From Octopus vulgaris (taxonomy: Eukaryota), in assembly GCA_951406725.2 (NCBI GenBank), contig OX597815.1:161944001-162008000 (forward strand): 64,000 nt of DNA, read 5' to 3'. The notes under the pieces were generated by a model. The model was not told where the DNA came from, made no database searches, and was given only the letters and a program-made list of their open reading frames with translations. Below, piece after piece: positions 26,856-39,282 of the stretch. Within the stretch, counting starts at the first letter, position 1. Each line of letters starts with the position of its first letter. The translations under genes were made by a program, and so were the position numbers.

Positions 26856-27241
26856 CAGGAATGGCTGTGTGGTAAGTAGCTTGCTTGCCAACCATATGGT
26901 TCCAGGTTCAGTCCCATTGTATGGCGCTTTGAGCAAGTGTCTTCTACTGCAGCCCTGGGCCGACCAAAGCCTTGTGAGTGGATTTGGTAGATGGAAACTG
27001 AAAGAAGCCCATCATATATATATATGTTTGTATGTCTGTGTTTGTCCCCCCATCATTGCTTGACAACCAATGCTGGTGTGCTTACATCCCCATACCTTAG
27101 CGGTTCAGCAAAAGATACTGATACAATAAGTACTAGGCTTATAAAGAATTAGTCCTGGGGTCAATTTGTTCAACTAAAGGCAGTGCTCCAGCATGGCTGC
27201 AGTCAAATGACTGAAACAAATAAAAGAGTAAAAGAGTAAAA
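26856..27241 (+). mobile_element. SINE family A, full length
   Basis: Head, body and tail all match family A. Confidence 0.85.
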
Positions 27242-28019
27242 ATTGAACAATAAAACCTGATGACATGCCTACATATACACACATAATATGTACATGCAGG
27301 TGTTTATATACACATGTGTGTATATATGCATGTGTATCTTAAATGTATGTATGTGCATGCATGTACGTATATATATTTATATGTTTCCCTTTAAAGGCTT
27401 TTATGTAAACATTAGCTGACTACGTGCCATGCCTTCAATAATGATGGCTAATTGTAGTATTTTATATATAAATAAGATACAAAATAAGGTACATAATAAT
27501 CACACATATTCACATACTTCCCTTGTACATGCACACACATACACACACATAAACTCACACAGAGTTGAAACACAGATGTTTTTTCACCCCTTCCTTCCTT
27601 ATTCATCTATCACCTCTTCTTTCTCTCATATATATATATACAAATATATAAAAACACTACACTCATTATTATATTAGGAGATGTATACATGCACAAATTT
27701 TATCTTATATAACTATCGATGTTTTTAACTTGCTCCCTCCCACTCTTTCCAGCTCACACACGTATATTATATTATATAATAATTGATTAATATAAAATGG
27801 ATTTGTTATAAAGACTATTACCAAATCCATGTTCTGTTTACTCAATCAATTATCTCAACTAACACAGCAGAATTCCTGAAGCAGATCCAATGGAAATATA
27901 CCTCAACTGTGGATGACACCAGGTAGCCTAAACCGTGGCAATGCTTTACTCAGCACATCAACAGACTAATTGACATATACCCGTTCATCCAAAATATTGC
28001 ATATTATATTACACATACC

Positions 28020-28061
<42 letters not shown>

Positions 28062-28486
28062 TTGTTCAGTTGGTTTCAAATATGTTGACTGTGGTTATTA
28101 GACTGGTAGCTTCCAGCAGGTAATTGACTGGCAGTTTACTCAGGGGGAACATTAATAAATTTAGTTAATTAATCAATTAACAATATTCCATCATTCCATT
28201 GTAAAATAAGGAACAATTATTGTTTAAAGATAACAAGTTCTCTACATTTCCAATCTTAATAGTAACATTAGTCACATATAGCATGCAGTAAATACATACA
28301 GTAAAAGGATAAGAATGGATACTAGCAATCCATTCTGTGCTACACATGTTTCAGTAGCATGGTGCTTTATTCATCACTGTGCATTACATCTGAAGTAGCT
28401 ATGCTGCATCCAAGTGATTTAGAATAATATTTTTTTTGCTTTAACATTAAAAAATCTGTTACATATATATATATATATATATAATG

Positions 28487-28547
<61 letters not shown>

Positions 28548-28552
28548 CATAT

Positions 28553-28617
<65 letters not shown>

Positions 28618-28619
<2 letters not shown>

Positions 28620-29002
28620 AAATATTGAGTTTCTAAATCTCTCGTAGAGAGGTGTACGGTGGTGGAGCGATATAATGGTTGTTTACTGTCAATCTAACAA
28701 GAACGTGACAGTAGGGGGTACACCACCGTTATATAGCCCTAGGAGGCATCGAACGCCTCCTGACAGCTTTGACACATTTTATCCTGTGTCCTTATATACA
28801 CCGTTATATAGCCCTAGGAGGCATCGAACGCCTCCTGACAGCTTCGACACATTTTATCCTGTGTCCTTATATACATATGTGTATATAAGGACACAGGATA
28901 AAATGTGTCGAAGCTGTCAGGAGGCGTTCGATGCCTCCTAGGGCTATATAACGGTGGTGTACCCCTACTGTCACGTTCTTGTTAGATTGACAGTATACAA
29001 CC

Positions 29003-29010
<8 letters not shown>
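28618..29010. repeat. fold-back element: palindrome 28670-29010 with a 75-bp tandem duplication in the left arm
   Basis: The arms are reverse complements centred at ~28877, with duplicated units starting at 28724 and 28799. Flanked by (TA)n. A diverged single copy lies at 58440-58615. Confidence 0.85.
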
Positions 29011-29060
<50 letters not shown>

Positions 29061-29887
29061 TATAGATAGATAGATAGATATCAATAAAAAGTTGAAATTT
29101 ACAGCAAAACAAAAGACGAAGAGAAGAGTATGAACAACAAACGGGTGTATTAGTTTAACGTTTGGGAAAGTGAAAAAGTCTTGTACGTTTTGAGCCTGTA
29201 CTCTTCAACAGAAATAAATAAGAGAAAACGAACAGAGAGAGAATAAACAAACTTGTGGATTTATCAGTCAAGCATGGTGACTGGTTTGAAAAATGATTTG
29301 ACAAAAGTGGTTGAAAGAAGGAGAGATAATAAAGTATCAGTGATCTGAAAATGAAGGTGTCCATGTGTGTGTGTGTGTGTGTATGTATGTAAGTAAATAC
29401 ATTTATACAGAAACATACACATACATACACAGATATATAGTGAGAGAGAGAGAGATAGTGAGAGAAAGACAGAGAGAGAGGTGGAAAAGAGAGAGAGAGA
29501 GGGAAAAGAGAAAGAGAAAAAATAGAAAGAATTATAAACCATAACCGGAAATTAACTTTTCTGTCATCCATTATGTAATTTTGTGGCTGTTGTTCTGAGT
29601 TAACACTGCACACTGCACACTGCACACCCCACAGCTAGGTGCATCATGATATGACTCTGGATAGGTTAGAGAAACATTTGAGTGCAACAACTAAAGAACA
29701 AAAGAGTGAATACATTCCAATCCACACATCTTCTGTTCTCTTCCGTTGTAAGAATTTCATCATCAATGTCACTGCTAGAATGCATGCATGAATTTAGTGT
29801 GATACACAGATGGCAATTTTAATTTAGTGCTGTTTCAATTGCATACACAGATTTTCTGCTTTTTAACAGTTTGGCAAGTTTCCATAA

Positions 29888-30265
29888 TCATCATCATCAT
29901 CATCATCATCGTTTAACGTCCGTTCTCCATGCTAGCATGGGTTGGACGGTTCGACCGGGGATCTGGGAAGCCAGAAGGCTGCACCAGGCTCCAGCCTTAT
30001 CTGGCAATGTTTCTACAGCTGGATGCCCTTCCTAATGCCAACCACTCTGTGAGTGTAGTGGGTGCTTTTTACGTGCCACCTGCACAGGTGCCAGGCGAGG
30101 CTGGCAACGGCCACGGTCGGATTGGTGTATTTTATGTGCCACCGGCACGGAAGCCAGTCGAGGCGGCGCTGGCATCAGCCACGAGTCGGATAGTGCTTTT
30201 TACGTACCACCAGACCAGGGATCCTGGCTGGTTCAATTCGATTTCGATTTCGCTTGCCCCAACAT
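29888..30265 (-). mobile_element. RTE 3'UTR-derived element
   Basis: (CAT)n followed by the reverse complement of the 3'UTR. Confidence 0.75.
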
Positions 30266-30377
30266 GTCTTCGTACCAGTGAATATTCCATAATACCAGTG
30301 TTTTGTTTATAGCAAGTCTTGAATTGTGTTTAAGCAGGCAAGAATTGGGTGGATATTCGTCCAGCATTAGAACTGCT

Positions 30378-30615
30378 TAGGCAGCCAGCTGGCAGAAACG
30401 TTAGCACACCGGGTGAAATGCTTAGTGGTATTTCGTCTGACATTACATTCTGAATTCAAATTCTGCCGAGGTCAGCTTTCCCTTTCATCCTTTCAGGGTC
30501 GATAAATTAAGTACCAGTTATGCCCTGGGGTCGATGGAATCGACTTAATCCCTTTGTCTGTCCTTGTTCGCCCCCTCTATGTTTAACCCCTTGTGGGCAA
30601 TAAAGAGATAAGAAA
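30378..30615 (+). mobile_element. SINE family B with TSD
   Basis: 13-bp TSD cattagaactgct at 30365-30377 and 30616-30628. Confidence 0.85.
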
Positions 30616-31635
30616 CATTAGAACTGCTAGCATCAGTTTTTCCCTTGACATGGATTACTATCAAACCATTCTCTGTTTTTATTCTATTAATAGACATTGC
30701 TGATTTTCTTCATTTGTTCAAGGAATATGTTTTAATTGAATTTTTAATTAGATTTCCCCTCCCTTTCTAGATAAAATGAACCACAATAATACCATTGATG
30801 AGAAACATTCTTCCACTGTTACATATCTTTAATCTCTCTCTCTCTCTCTCTCTCTCTCTGGTGACATAATACTCAGCCTATGGAATCCTCACCTGGCATG
30901 GTGTTCCAATAGCTGGAATATTCTAGAAACAGCTGTTAGAGACTTTGTAAACCTTTTTATTAAATATCTAAATTAAATGCTTTTGCCAAGTCTTACTAAA
31001 CTGTCATGTGGTACACTCCATTATCCAATGAATGAGAAGGGTGCATAATTTTGACAAGAGGTGTCCCAGAGCCTACTTTTTGCTTGAATGACAGGAGTTG
31101 TATGGTAGGCTCCAGCAGCCACTGCCAGCTACTACATATTTATTGATCCATTTTTAGATGCTGGAGCCTACCTGTCAGTATTTAAGAGCAAAAAAAAAAA
31201 CAGTTCATTTTTCACTGCCATTTGTTGACACATTAAGAAGAAGCAGTGACAACTGGATTTATTAAGCAATGGTTTGGACTATCAAATGAGAGATTTTTAT
31301 GTGTAAAAATTCCGTCCCAATTCATTTTGGATACATAAGTGGGTGGATTTATAAAGCAGGGTCTACTGTATATACAAGCAAACAAACAAACAAATAAACA
31401 AAGAACTATATCAGGCTGTAATGTTTGAACTTTTCATATAAATGTTGTTTGCACTCGGTAGAAATTTTAACAAGTATGTTCCACCAATAGTCCTTATGTT
31501 GATGTGTATGTATTTATTCAATTGCAGAGGTGTTGCTTATATTTATCCCTGCACAGTCTTTTCTGTGCATGGTATTAGATACTGTTTTAGCTACAACATC
31601 ATGTTGCAGTAGAAGGTCATTTCTATTTTTTTTTA

Positions 31636-31945
31636 TTTATGCGCCCTTTTCAAGCCTACCCAGGCTCATGGGCCTGGTTTCCCGGTTTCTATGGCGTATG
31701 TGTTCCCCCCCAGCTGGACGGGACGCCAGTCCATCGCAGCTTTACTCAAGAAACAGGAAGGAAGAGTGAGAGAAAGTTGGGGCAAAAGAGTACAACAGGG
31801 GTCGCCACCACACCCTGCCGAAGCCTCATGGAGCTTTAGATGTTTTTGCTCAATAAATACACACAACACCCGGTCTGGGAATTGAAACCATGATCTTCCG
31901 ACCGTGAGTCCACTGCTCTAGCCACTGCACCATTGTGCCTCCACA
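31636..31945 (-). mobile_element. tRNA-derived SINE family C
   Basis: Minus strand: A-box TGGTGCAGTGG, B-box GTTTCAATTCC and tail gatggactggcgtcccgtccagctggg...gcccatgagcctgg. Confidence 0.7.
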
Positions 31946-32234
31946 GTGGAAGATCATACTCCAGTGAAATTTTTAGGCGACTATAAGTCATTAGCATGCC
32001 AGGCAAAATGCTTAGTGGTATTTTGTCCATCTTTGCATTCCTAGTCCATATTCCACTGAGGTCAACTTTGCCTTTCATCCTCTCAAGGTCAACAAAATAA
32101 GTACCAGTTGAGCACTGGGATTGAAGCAATTGACTTATCTCCTCCTCTTTCAAAACTCCAGGCCTTGTGCCAAAATTTGATACCAGTATTACCAGTTTTC
32201 TCAAGGATACTGAAAACATACACATAAATAAAAT

Positions 32235-32487
32235 AAAAGCGTCCTTTTTAAAGCCTAGCCAGGCTCATGGGCCCAGTTTTCCGGTTTCTATGGCATATGT
32301 GTTCCCCAGCTGGACGGGACACCAATCCATCACAACGTTAGTCACTTTTGTCAGCTGAGTGGACTGGAGCAATGTGAAATGAAGTGTTTTGTTCAAGAAC
32401 ACAATGCGTCGCCTGGTCCAGGAATCGAAACCACAATCTTACGATCATGATGCTGACACCCTAACCACTAAGCCACACACCTGCACG
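32235..32487 (-). mobile_element. tRNA-derived SINE family D (shares tail with C)
   Basis: Minus strand: TGGCTTAGTGG...GGTTTCGATTCC. The body differs from family C but the tail matches 31636-31740. Confidence 0.7.
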
Positions 32488-33473
32488 GAAACTTACACAT
32501 ACATAACCATTTTGTGTTATGCAGTGTTTTCTTTCCCAGTTGGATTTTCTTTTTTTTTTTTTGTGGTATGCTCATCCTACACTTCTGGATTTAGTTGAGA
32601 AGTCATCAAGAAGTGTAAAATTTTTTTAGGCATTCACTACAAACCTGCAGGATATTATCCACATCATTTTAAAGCACTTGGTTGTATTTATTTTTTCTCT
32701 CAATGTTTAGCAGGTGCTGTTTGAGTGTTTATCATACAGCAGTCAAAGGCTCTCAGTTCTGATCTCTAGCATCTACCTCCCTCTTTCCTTCTGAGGTAGT
32801 GTCTGTCACTATCACTGTTTCTATAGAAATTTGCAATGGATGTCAGGATCTTGTAAGTTTTAATGTCTATGGACTGAAGAGCAGTGAGATGGTAGAATCA
32901 TTTGTATGCCAAGCAAACTGTTTTGTGGCATTTTGTTTATCTTTACATTCTGGGTTCAAATTCCACCACAGTCAACTTTGCCTTTCATCTTTTCTAGACC
33001 GATAAAATAAATATCAGTTGAGCACTGGAATCAATGTAACAGACTTAACCCTGTCCCTGAACTTACTGGCCTTGTGCAAAAATTCGAAACCAATATCTAA
33101 GGAGTGGATTTCCAATCACGAATCCCAAATGTAGGTATGATTAGTGGTATTGCAAGCAGAGCTATCTTAACAGTATTATAGGCCCCAGGTAAATAATTGC
33201 ACTGGGTCCTATAGTATTTATTTATTGACAGCAAACTACAACATATATGGGTCCCTAGACCCGTGAGGCACCTGAGCAACTGGCCAGTATGCCAATGTCT
33301 TGAGATGGCACAGACTGCAAGTGCATTGTGGGATATCATCTTGTAGCAAGAGGAAACTTCTGATGGTTGTATCCTTTTAGTTTGGTGTAGTATTATATGG
33401 TTATTCTATCTTTGTTCACAACATCTTCATATGATATATTTTCATCAGCACTTATAGTGTGGAAAAGATAGGC

Positions 33474-33504
<31 letters not shown>

Positions 33505-33513
33505 GAGATAGAG

Positions 33514-33573
<60 letters not shown>

Positions 33574-34889
33574 TTCATGCAAAGATTTGGAGTTTCAGAA
33601 CAGTTTTTTCCATATTCAATTGTTAAATATAGAATAATCACAGGTATGGCTGTGTACTGAAGAAATTCACTTCCCAACACCATGCAACACTTTGAGCAAG
33701 TATCTTTTACTATAGCCTCAAACTAAACAAAGTCTTACAAGTGAATCTGGTAGATGGCAACTGAAAACCTGTCATATATATTGCATATGCGTATATGTGT
33801 TTGTGTGCATGTGTGTGTGTGTGTATGTGTGTGTGTGTGCATTTATCTTTTTTACCTTATACTTCCTACTTGTTTCAGTCATTAGACTGTGGCCATGCTG
33901 GAGTGCCACCCTGAAAAGCTTAGTCAAGCACATCAACCCCAGGTTCTTATTTATTAAGCCTGTTACTAATCCTATCATTCTCTTTTGCTGAATGATTAAG
34001 TTACAGGGTCGTAAACAAACCAACACCAGTTGTCAAATGGCAGGGACAAACACATACAAAAAGACATATACACACGCACACACATGCACACGTATGCACA
34101 CACACACACATACACACACATATGATGAGTTCTACAAAATCCACTGACAATATTTTAGTCAGCCTGAGACTATAGGAGAAGACAGTTGCTAAAAGTGACA
34201 CACAGTAGGATTGAACTCAGAACCATATGGTTGGGAAGCTAACTTCATACCATACTGCCAAGCCTGCCCCTACCCACACAGTCATGCCTTTGTTATATTT
34301 GCATATATATTTACAGTTGTTTCAGTGCCACATGCTCCGCAAATCTTGTGGGGTTCCTTCAGGGTAACAGCAGCCAAACAGTCGCTGGTATTGATGATAT
34401 CTCATTACATGTTATACCTTTTTTTATAGAATTTTCATTCATATGCTCAATAACTTTTACAATGGTAACAGTTATGGGTTTTATTAGGGGTCGAGATGGG
34501 GGCCTCATTCTCATCAAAGATGGTTTACTTTCTTAACAGTAATTTAAAAAAGCTGGAAAAACTATTTTCAAAATTGTGATTGTAAACTGTTTTCTAGTTG
34601 TGTATATTCCACAATTGTTCTCTATTGAATCAATATAAGGATCTATTGGTCCAAAGAAAATATTGATCCAGTGCAATAGCAGCACTGGCAGTGTTTACAT
34701 CTGTGTCAGTCTCTCTCTGACAAGTTTTTGGTTGGTTTTGTATGTGCTCAGAAAGATGACTAGTATATCAAGATATCTAAATGAAATGACTAAATTGATA
34801 AGATAGGGACTGAGCTACCAAATTGTCTGCATTCAAATCAGAGATTGTTGAAATGTATATCAAGCAGTTCTAACACAATGTGTTGTAAA

Positions 34890-35012
34890 TTCAAATTATG
34901 ATAAATGTAAACAAAGAAAGTTTGCTTTTAGAAGCGTTGAGATGCATTTTAAGATACAAAGCATCTCAATGCTTCTAAAAGCAAATTGTGTTTACATTTA
35001 TCATAATTTGTA
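34890..35012. repeat. ~120-bp inverted repeat (MITE-like hairpin)
   Basis: caaattatgataaatgtaaaca..tttgcttttagaagc.ttgagatgc pairs with gcatctcaa.gcttctaaaagcaaa..tgtttacatttatcataatttg. Confidence 0.75.
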
Positions 35013-35339
35013 TTTAACATACAGTGTCTTTTATGCTAGCTTTATAAGTTCAAAACTTGCAAATTAATTTGTCAGTGGGCAGTTTAGCTTACTTGGTAAA
35101 GTACTTGACCAATAATCACAGGGATGTTGGTTTGCGTCTCATGGTTGGCTACTGACAAATTTTTCTGCAAAATATTTTATCCTGTTCCTGCTCTTGTGTC
35201 AGCATTTCTGCATTTGAGAATGAATTTATTTCCTTATCTGTATCTTACAATGTGTTGTATATTTTGGTCTATTTAGATGTTAAGAATAAAAATTAGATCT
35301 CCAGAGAATACAAAATGATAATTGTTTTAATTCACATTC

Positions 35340-35705
35340 TTTTATCTTTTGTTACCATCATTAGACTGTGACCATGCTGGAGCACCAGCTGGAAGAGATT
35401 TAAGTTGAATGAATCGAGCCCAGTATATTTTTTCTTTTATTGATCTCTCTTGCTGAACCGCTAAGTTACAGGGACATAAACACAACACTGGTTGTCAAGC
35501 AGTGATGGGGGACATCCTCAGACACAAAGACATACACACACCCACATATATGATGGGCTTCTTTCAGTTTCCATCTACCAAATCCACTCACAAGGCTTTG
35601 GTCAGCCCAAGGCTATAGTAGAAGACACTTGCCCAAGGTGCCACACAGTGGGACTGAACTTCGAACCATGTGGCTGGAAAGCAAACTTCTTATCACACAG
35701 CCACA
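35340..35705 (-). mobile_element. SINE family A
   Basis: Reverse-complement family A copy. Confidence 0.75.
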
Positions 35706-36223
35706 CCATTAGTTACTTTCATAATACTAGAATATCTAGTGAAAGAAAGAGTGAGAAAAGGAGAGAGAAAGAAAGAGAAACAGAAAGAGAGAGCGAGAGA
35801 AAGAGAAACAGAAAGAGAGAGAGAGAGATGGAGTTTACACACAAATTTAATAATACATACATATATGTATAAACATCAATACATACAGATGGTTTTTCTT
35901 ATCCTTCAACTCCCTTCTCACCTCATTTTTTCACTTTACTTCACTCTTAACTTTGCCTGTTTCTCCTCCTTATTCCATTTCTCTTTCCTTCTGCATTCTC
36001 ACACTGTTTCTCCAACCATTCTTTATTCATGTATGAAGCTCATGTGGTCCTTCATTCCTCATCAGTTGCAGCTACTTTTTATAACTTAGAGGATGTAAAA
36101 CTCTGCTGTCTCTCATTAATTTCTCTCCTTTCGACTTTTCCCTGACAAAAGGACTCTATCCAAAACGTCAGATTTCCCATTCTTCATAACAACCTCACTG
36201 TACTCTTTTTATCAATTTTATAA

Positions 36224-36621
36224 TCTTTATATATAAAAGTGAGGTTGTGTGCTGTCTGTCTCCTACGATTTAGATTCCTGACTACTCCCACATTTTGCGG
36301 TGCAGTTTAATCAAAACCGGGTATCTTATAGTTGTGATTCATATCGAGCCCTTCTGGGTATTAGCGCACATCTACGATGAGTCTACGATTTGAAAAAAAA
36401 TTTACCATCAATTTTTCCCATTTTTAATGCATTTTTGGCATATATAAGGGAAGTAACTCTCTAAAAATTTATTATTAAATTTCAGAACATAAAAAGCTAC
36501 AGTAACACCACCCCCCTTTGTGGTTAGCCATATTGAGATGGCTATTATACTTTACATCTCTAAAAATGCTTATATAGTTATTTCCCTTACAAACCCGAGC
36601 AACGCCGGGCGATACTGCTAG
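36224..36621 (+). mobile_element. non-autonomous Helitron
   Basis: A|TC...CTAG|T with hairpin cccgagcaacgccggg (36594-36609). Shares both ends with 9932-10443. Confidence 0.8.
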
Positions 36622-36801
36622 TATACTATATATTAAGAAAAATATGCTGTGTGGTAAGAAGCTTGCTTCCCAGCTACATGGTTTGTAATTCAGTCCCACT
36701 GCATAGTACTTTGGGTAAGTATCTTCTGCTATAGTCCCAGGCCAACCAAAAGTCTTGTGAGTAGATTTGGTAGATGGAAACTGGGCTGTGTGGTAAGTAG
36801 G

Positions 36802-37164
36802 TGCAGGAGTGGCTGTGTGGTAAGTAGCTTGCTTACCAACCACATGGTTCTGGGTTCAGTCTCACTGCGTGGCACCATGGGCAAGTGTCTTCTACTATAG
36901 CCTCAGGCCTACCAAAGCCTTGTGAGTCGATTTGGTAGACGGAAACTGAAAGAAGCCCATCGTATATATGTGAGGGTGTTTGTGTGTGGATATTTGTCCC
37001 CCCCAACATCGCTTGACAACTGATGCTGGTGTGTTTACGTCCCTGTAACTTAGCAGTTCGGCAAAAGAGACTTACAAAGACTAAGTCCTGGGGTCGATTT
37101 GCACAAACTAGCAGCAGTGCTCCAGCATAGCCACAGTCAAATGACTGAAACAAGTAAAAGAGTA

Positions 37165-37165
<1 letters not shown>
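36802..37165 (+). mobile_element. SINE family A, full length (preceded by extra head fragments from ~36645)
   Basis: Family A head to tail. Confidence 0.8.
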
Positions 37166-37195
<30 letters not shown>

Positions 37196-38148
37196 CACGT
37201 GTATATATGTATATATATATATACGTGTATATATATCTACATGTGTGTGTCTTTGTGTCTGTGTTTGTCCTCCATCACCAATTGATAACCAATGTTGATG
37301 TGCTTGCGTCACTGTAACTTGGCAGTTTGGCAAAAGAGACCGATTGAATAAGTAATGGGTCGATTCATTCAACTAAAAATAATTCATGGCTGCAGTCTAA
37401 TGACTGAAACGAGTAAAAGAAAAAGGATAAAACATACGTGCAAACATATATAGATACATATATAAATACTATACATGTATTGGATGCATTTCATTCTTAC
37501 ATACCTGCGCACCAGCATCATTACTGTTGTCATCAGTAATGGTAGTAGTAGTCAAGGCAGCTGCAGTGGAAACAGAAGCAAAAGCAATGGTACCATCCCC
37601 ATTATCATCTACATCAGTATCATCTCCATCATCGTCATCATCACAATCATCATAACCATCATCGACATAATTGTTTTTATGTCCATTTTCCAATATGAGT
37701 ATGGGTTAAACTAACCAGATCGAAAGAATGTTGTCGTTCATCTTAGCCTTTCATCATCTTGTCTGTGTAGCCCAGTGTCCAGAGATCTAATCTCATCTTT
37801 CTCCCTTCCCACATCTACTTTGGTCTTATTTTTTATAGGTCTTCCTTCCATCAACATTAAATAGCACTTTCCAACCATTCGTAGTAAATCTCTATAAACT
37901 TAATACCCGAGCATATAAAAAAGAAAAAAAAAACACATTCCACATAATTCTTCAACGTTAATAACAGTCAAGTCTAGACTAACTTATTAATAAATAGAGA
38001 CAGAAAAAGAAGAGAAAAAGAAAAGACAAAAGTTAGCATCGACCAAATTCCAGTCTAGTGAATTGGAGACATAGGTAATATCAAAGATCACAAACAAAAC
38101 AAATTTCTCAGCAATAATATTAACAACATCAACAACAATGATGACAAC

Positions 38149-38179
<31 letters not shown>

Positions 38180-38225
38180 GTGGTGGTGATGGTGGTGGTG
38201 GTTTTGGTGGTGGTGGTGGTGGTGA

Positions 38226-38282
<57 letters not shown>

Positions 38283-38293
38283 AAGTAGTAGTA

Positions 38294-38836
38294 AATGCCC
38301 TGGTGCAGTACCAGGCAGTGGCTCTCATGGCTGCTGATCATAATTGATTGGAAGTGTTATCATGTACATTATTTTGTTTTGGTATAAAAGATGGGCTACA
38401 GCAAATATTCTGCTCAGTACCACAGATTTGCTTGTCAGTTGTTTGACCTTAACCAGCTGACCATGTCCCTTAGTGGCTGGCGATATGTGCATTTCTGATC
38501 ACAAGCTGAAGTAGTTGGGGAGCATCATAGCCGTGTATTGAAAGGAATTCTTAGAGGTTTGGATAATTCACCTTTGGAAACAGGAGTGGTTCGTTCAACA
38601 TCCTTAAACAATCATTATTCAGGGACCTTTTGAGCAGGATGGGCTACTTGACCAGAAGAAAATTTCTAACTGGGCCCCACCTGCAAGGTCATGCGCTGTT
38701 TGTCTTGATATGAGACCACCATGTCGCGCACTTATGGTTATGATGCATGTGCCTAGTGTACCCTTATCAGACGGGTAGTCATGATGGGTATACTGGGCTT
38801 CGTATATTTTATCCCAGTGTCACTTTGATGGCATGC

Positions 38837-38838
<2 letters not shown>
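38294..38838. mobile_element. unclassified ~550-bp interspersed repeat in trinucleotide microsatellite
   Basis: Colinear homologue at 48285-48840. Both copies are bounded by (AGT/AAT)n. Confidence 0.75.
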
Positions 38839-38871
<33 letters not shown>

Positions 38872-38872
<1 letters not shown>

Positions 38873-39282
38873 GTGTCCTTGAGAACAGTATCAGAAGGCA
38901 TCATGAGGAATATAAAGTAAATTGGAATAGAGTGCCCAGTAGAACTGTTACAAAAAGATTACCTCCTCAGTATGGCCAGAATAATCAGGAAAGTATTAGA
39001 TAGCTGAAAAAAGCAAATAGCATGGTACCATAGGCAGCAGGTAGTAAACCTGCTATGGATGCAGGACTCCAAGAGCTCTAACAAAACCTGTGATAAAGAG
39101 AAAATAATAATAATAATGATAACTGTTACAAAAGGTTTGCCTCCTTGGCATGGCCAGAGTTATCAGGAAAGTATTAGATAACTGAAAAGAATGGATAGCA
39201 TGGTACCGTAGGCTGCATGTAGCAAGCCTGCTATGCATGCAAGACCCAGGAACTTCAACAAAGCCTGTGATAAAGAGAAGTA
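38872..39282 (+). mobile_element. two tandem very short 3' ends of a Dong/R4-like element in (AAT)n
   Basis: ELLQK..LL.MARIIRKVLD* C-terminus plus 3'UTR ending ctgtgataaagagaa, occurring twice (38872-39103 and 39119-39282). Each is followed by AAT repeats. Confidence 0.65.

Noticed and set aside
29560-29780. Possible minus-strand exon after a ctag/cag acceptor
   Set aside because: Only short frames with stops, no convincing donor site and no recognisable protein.
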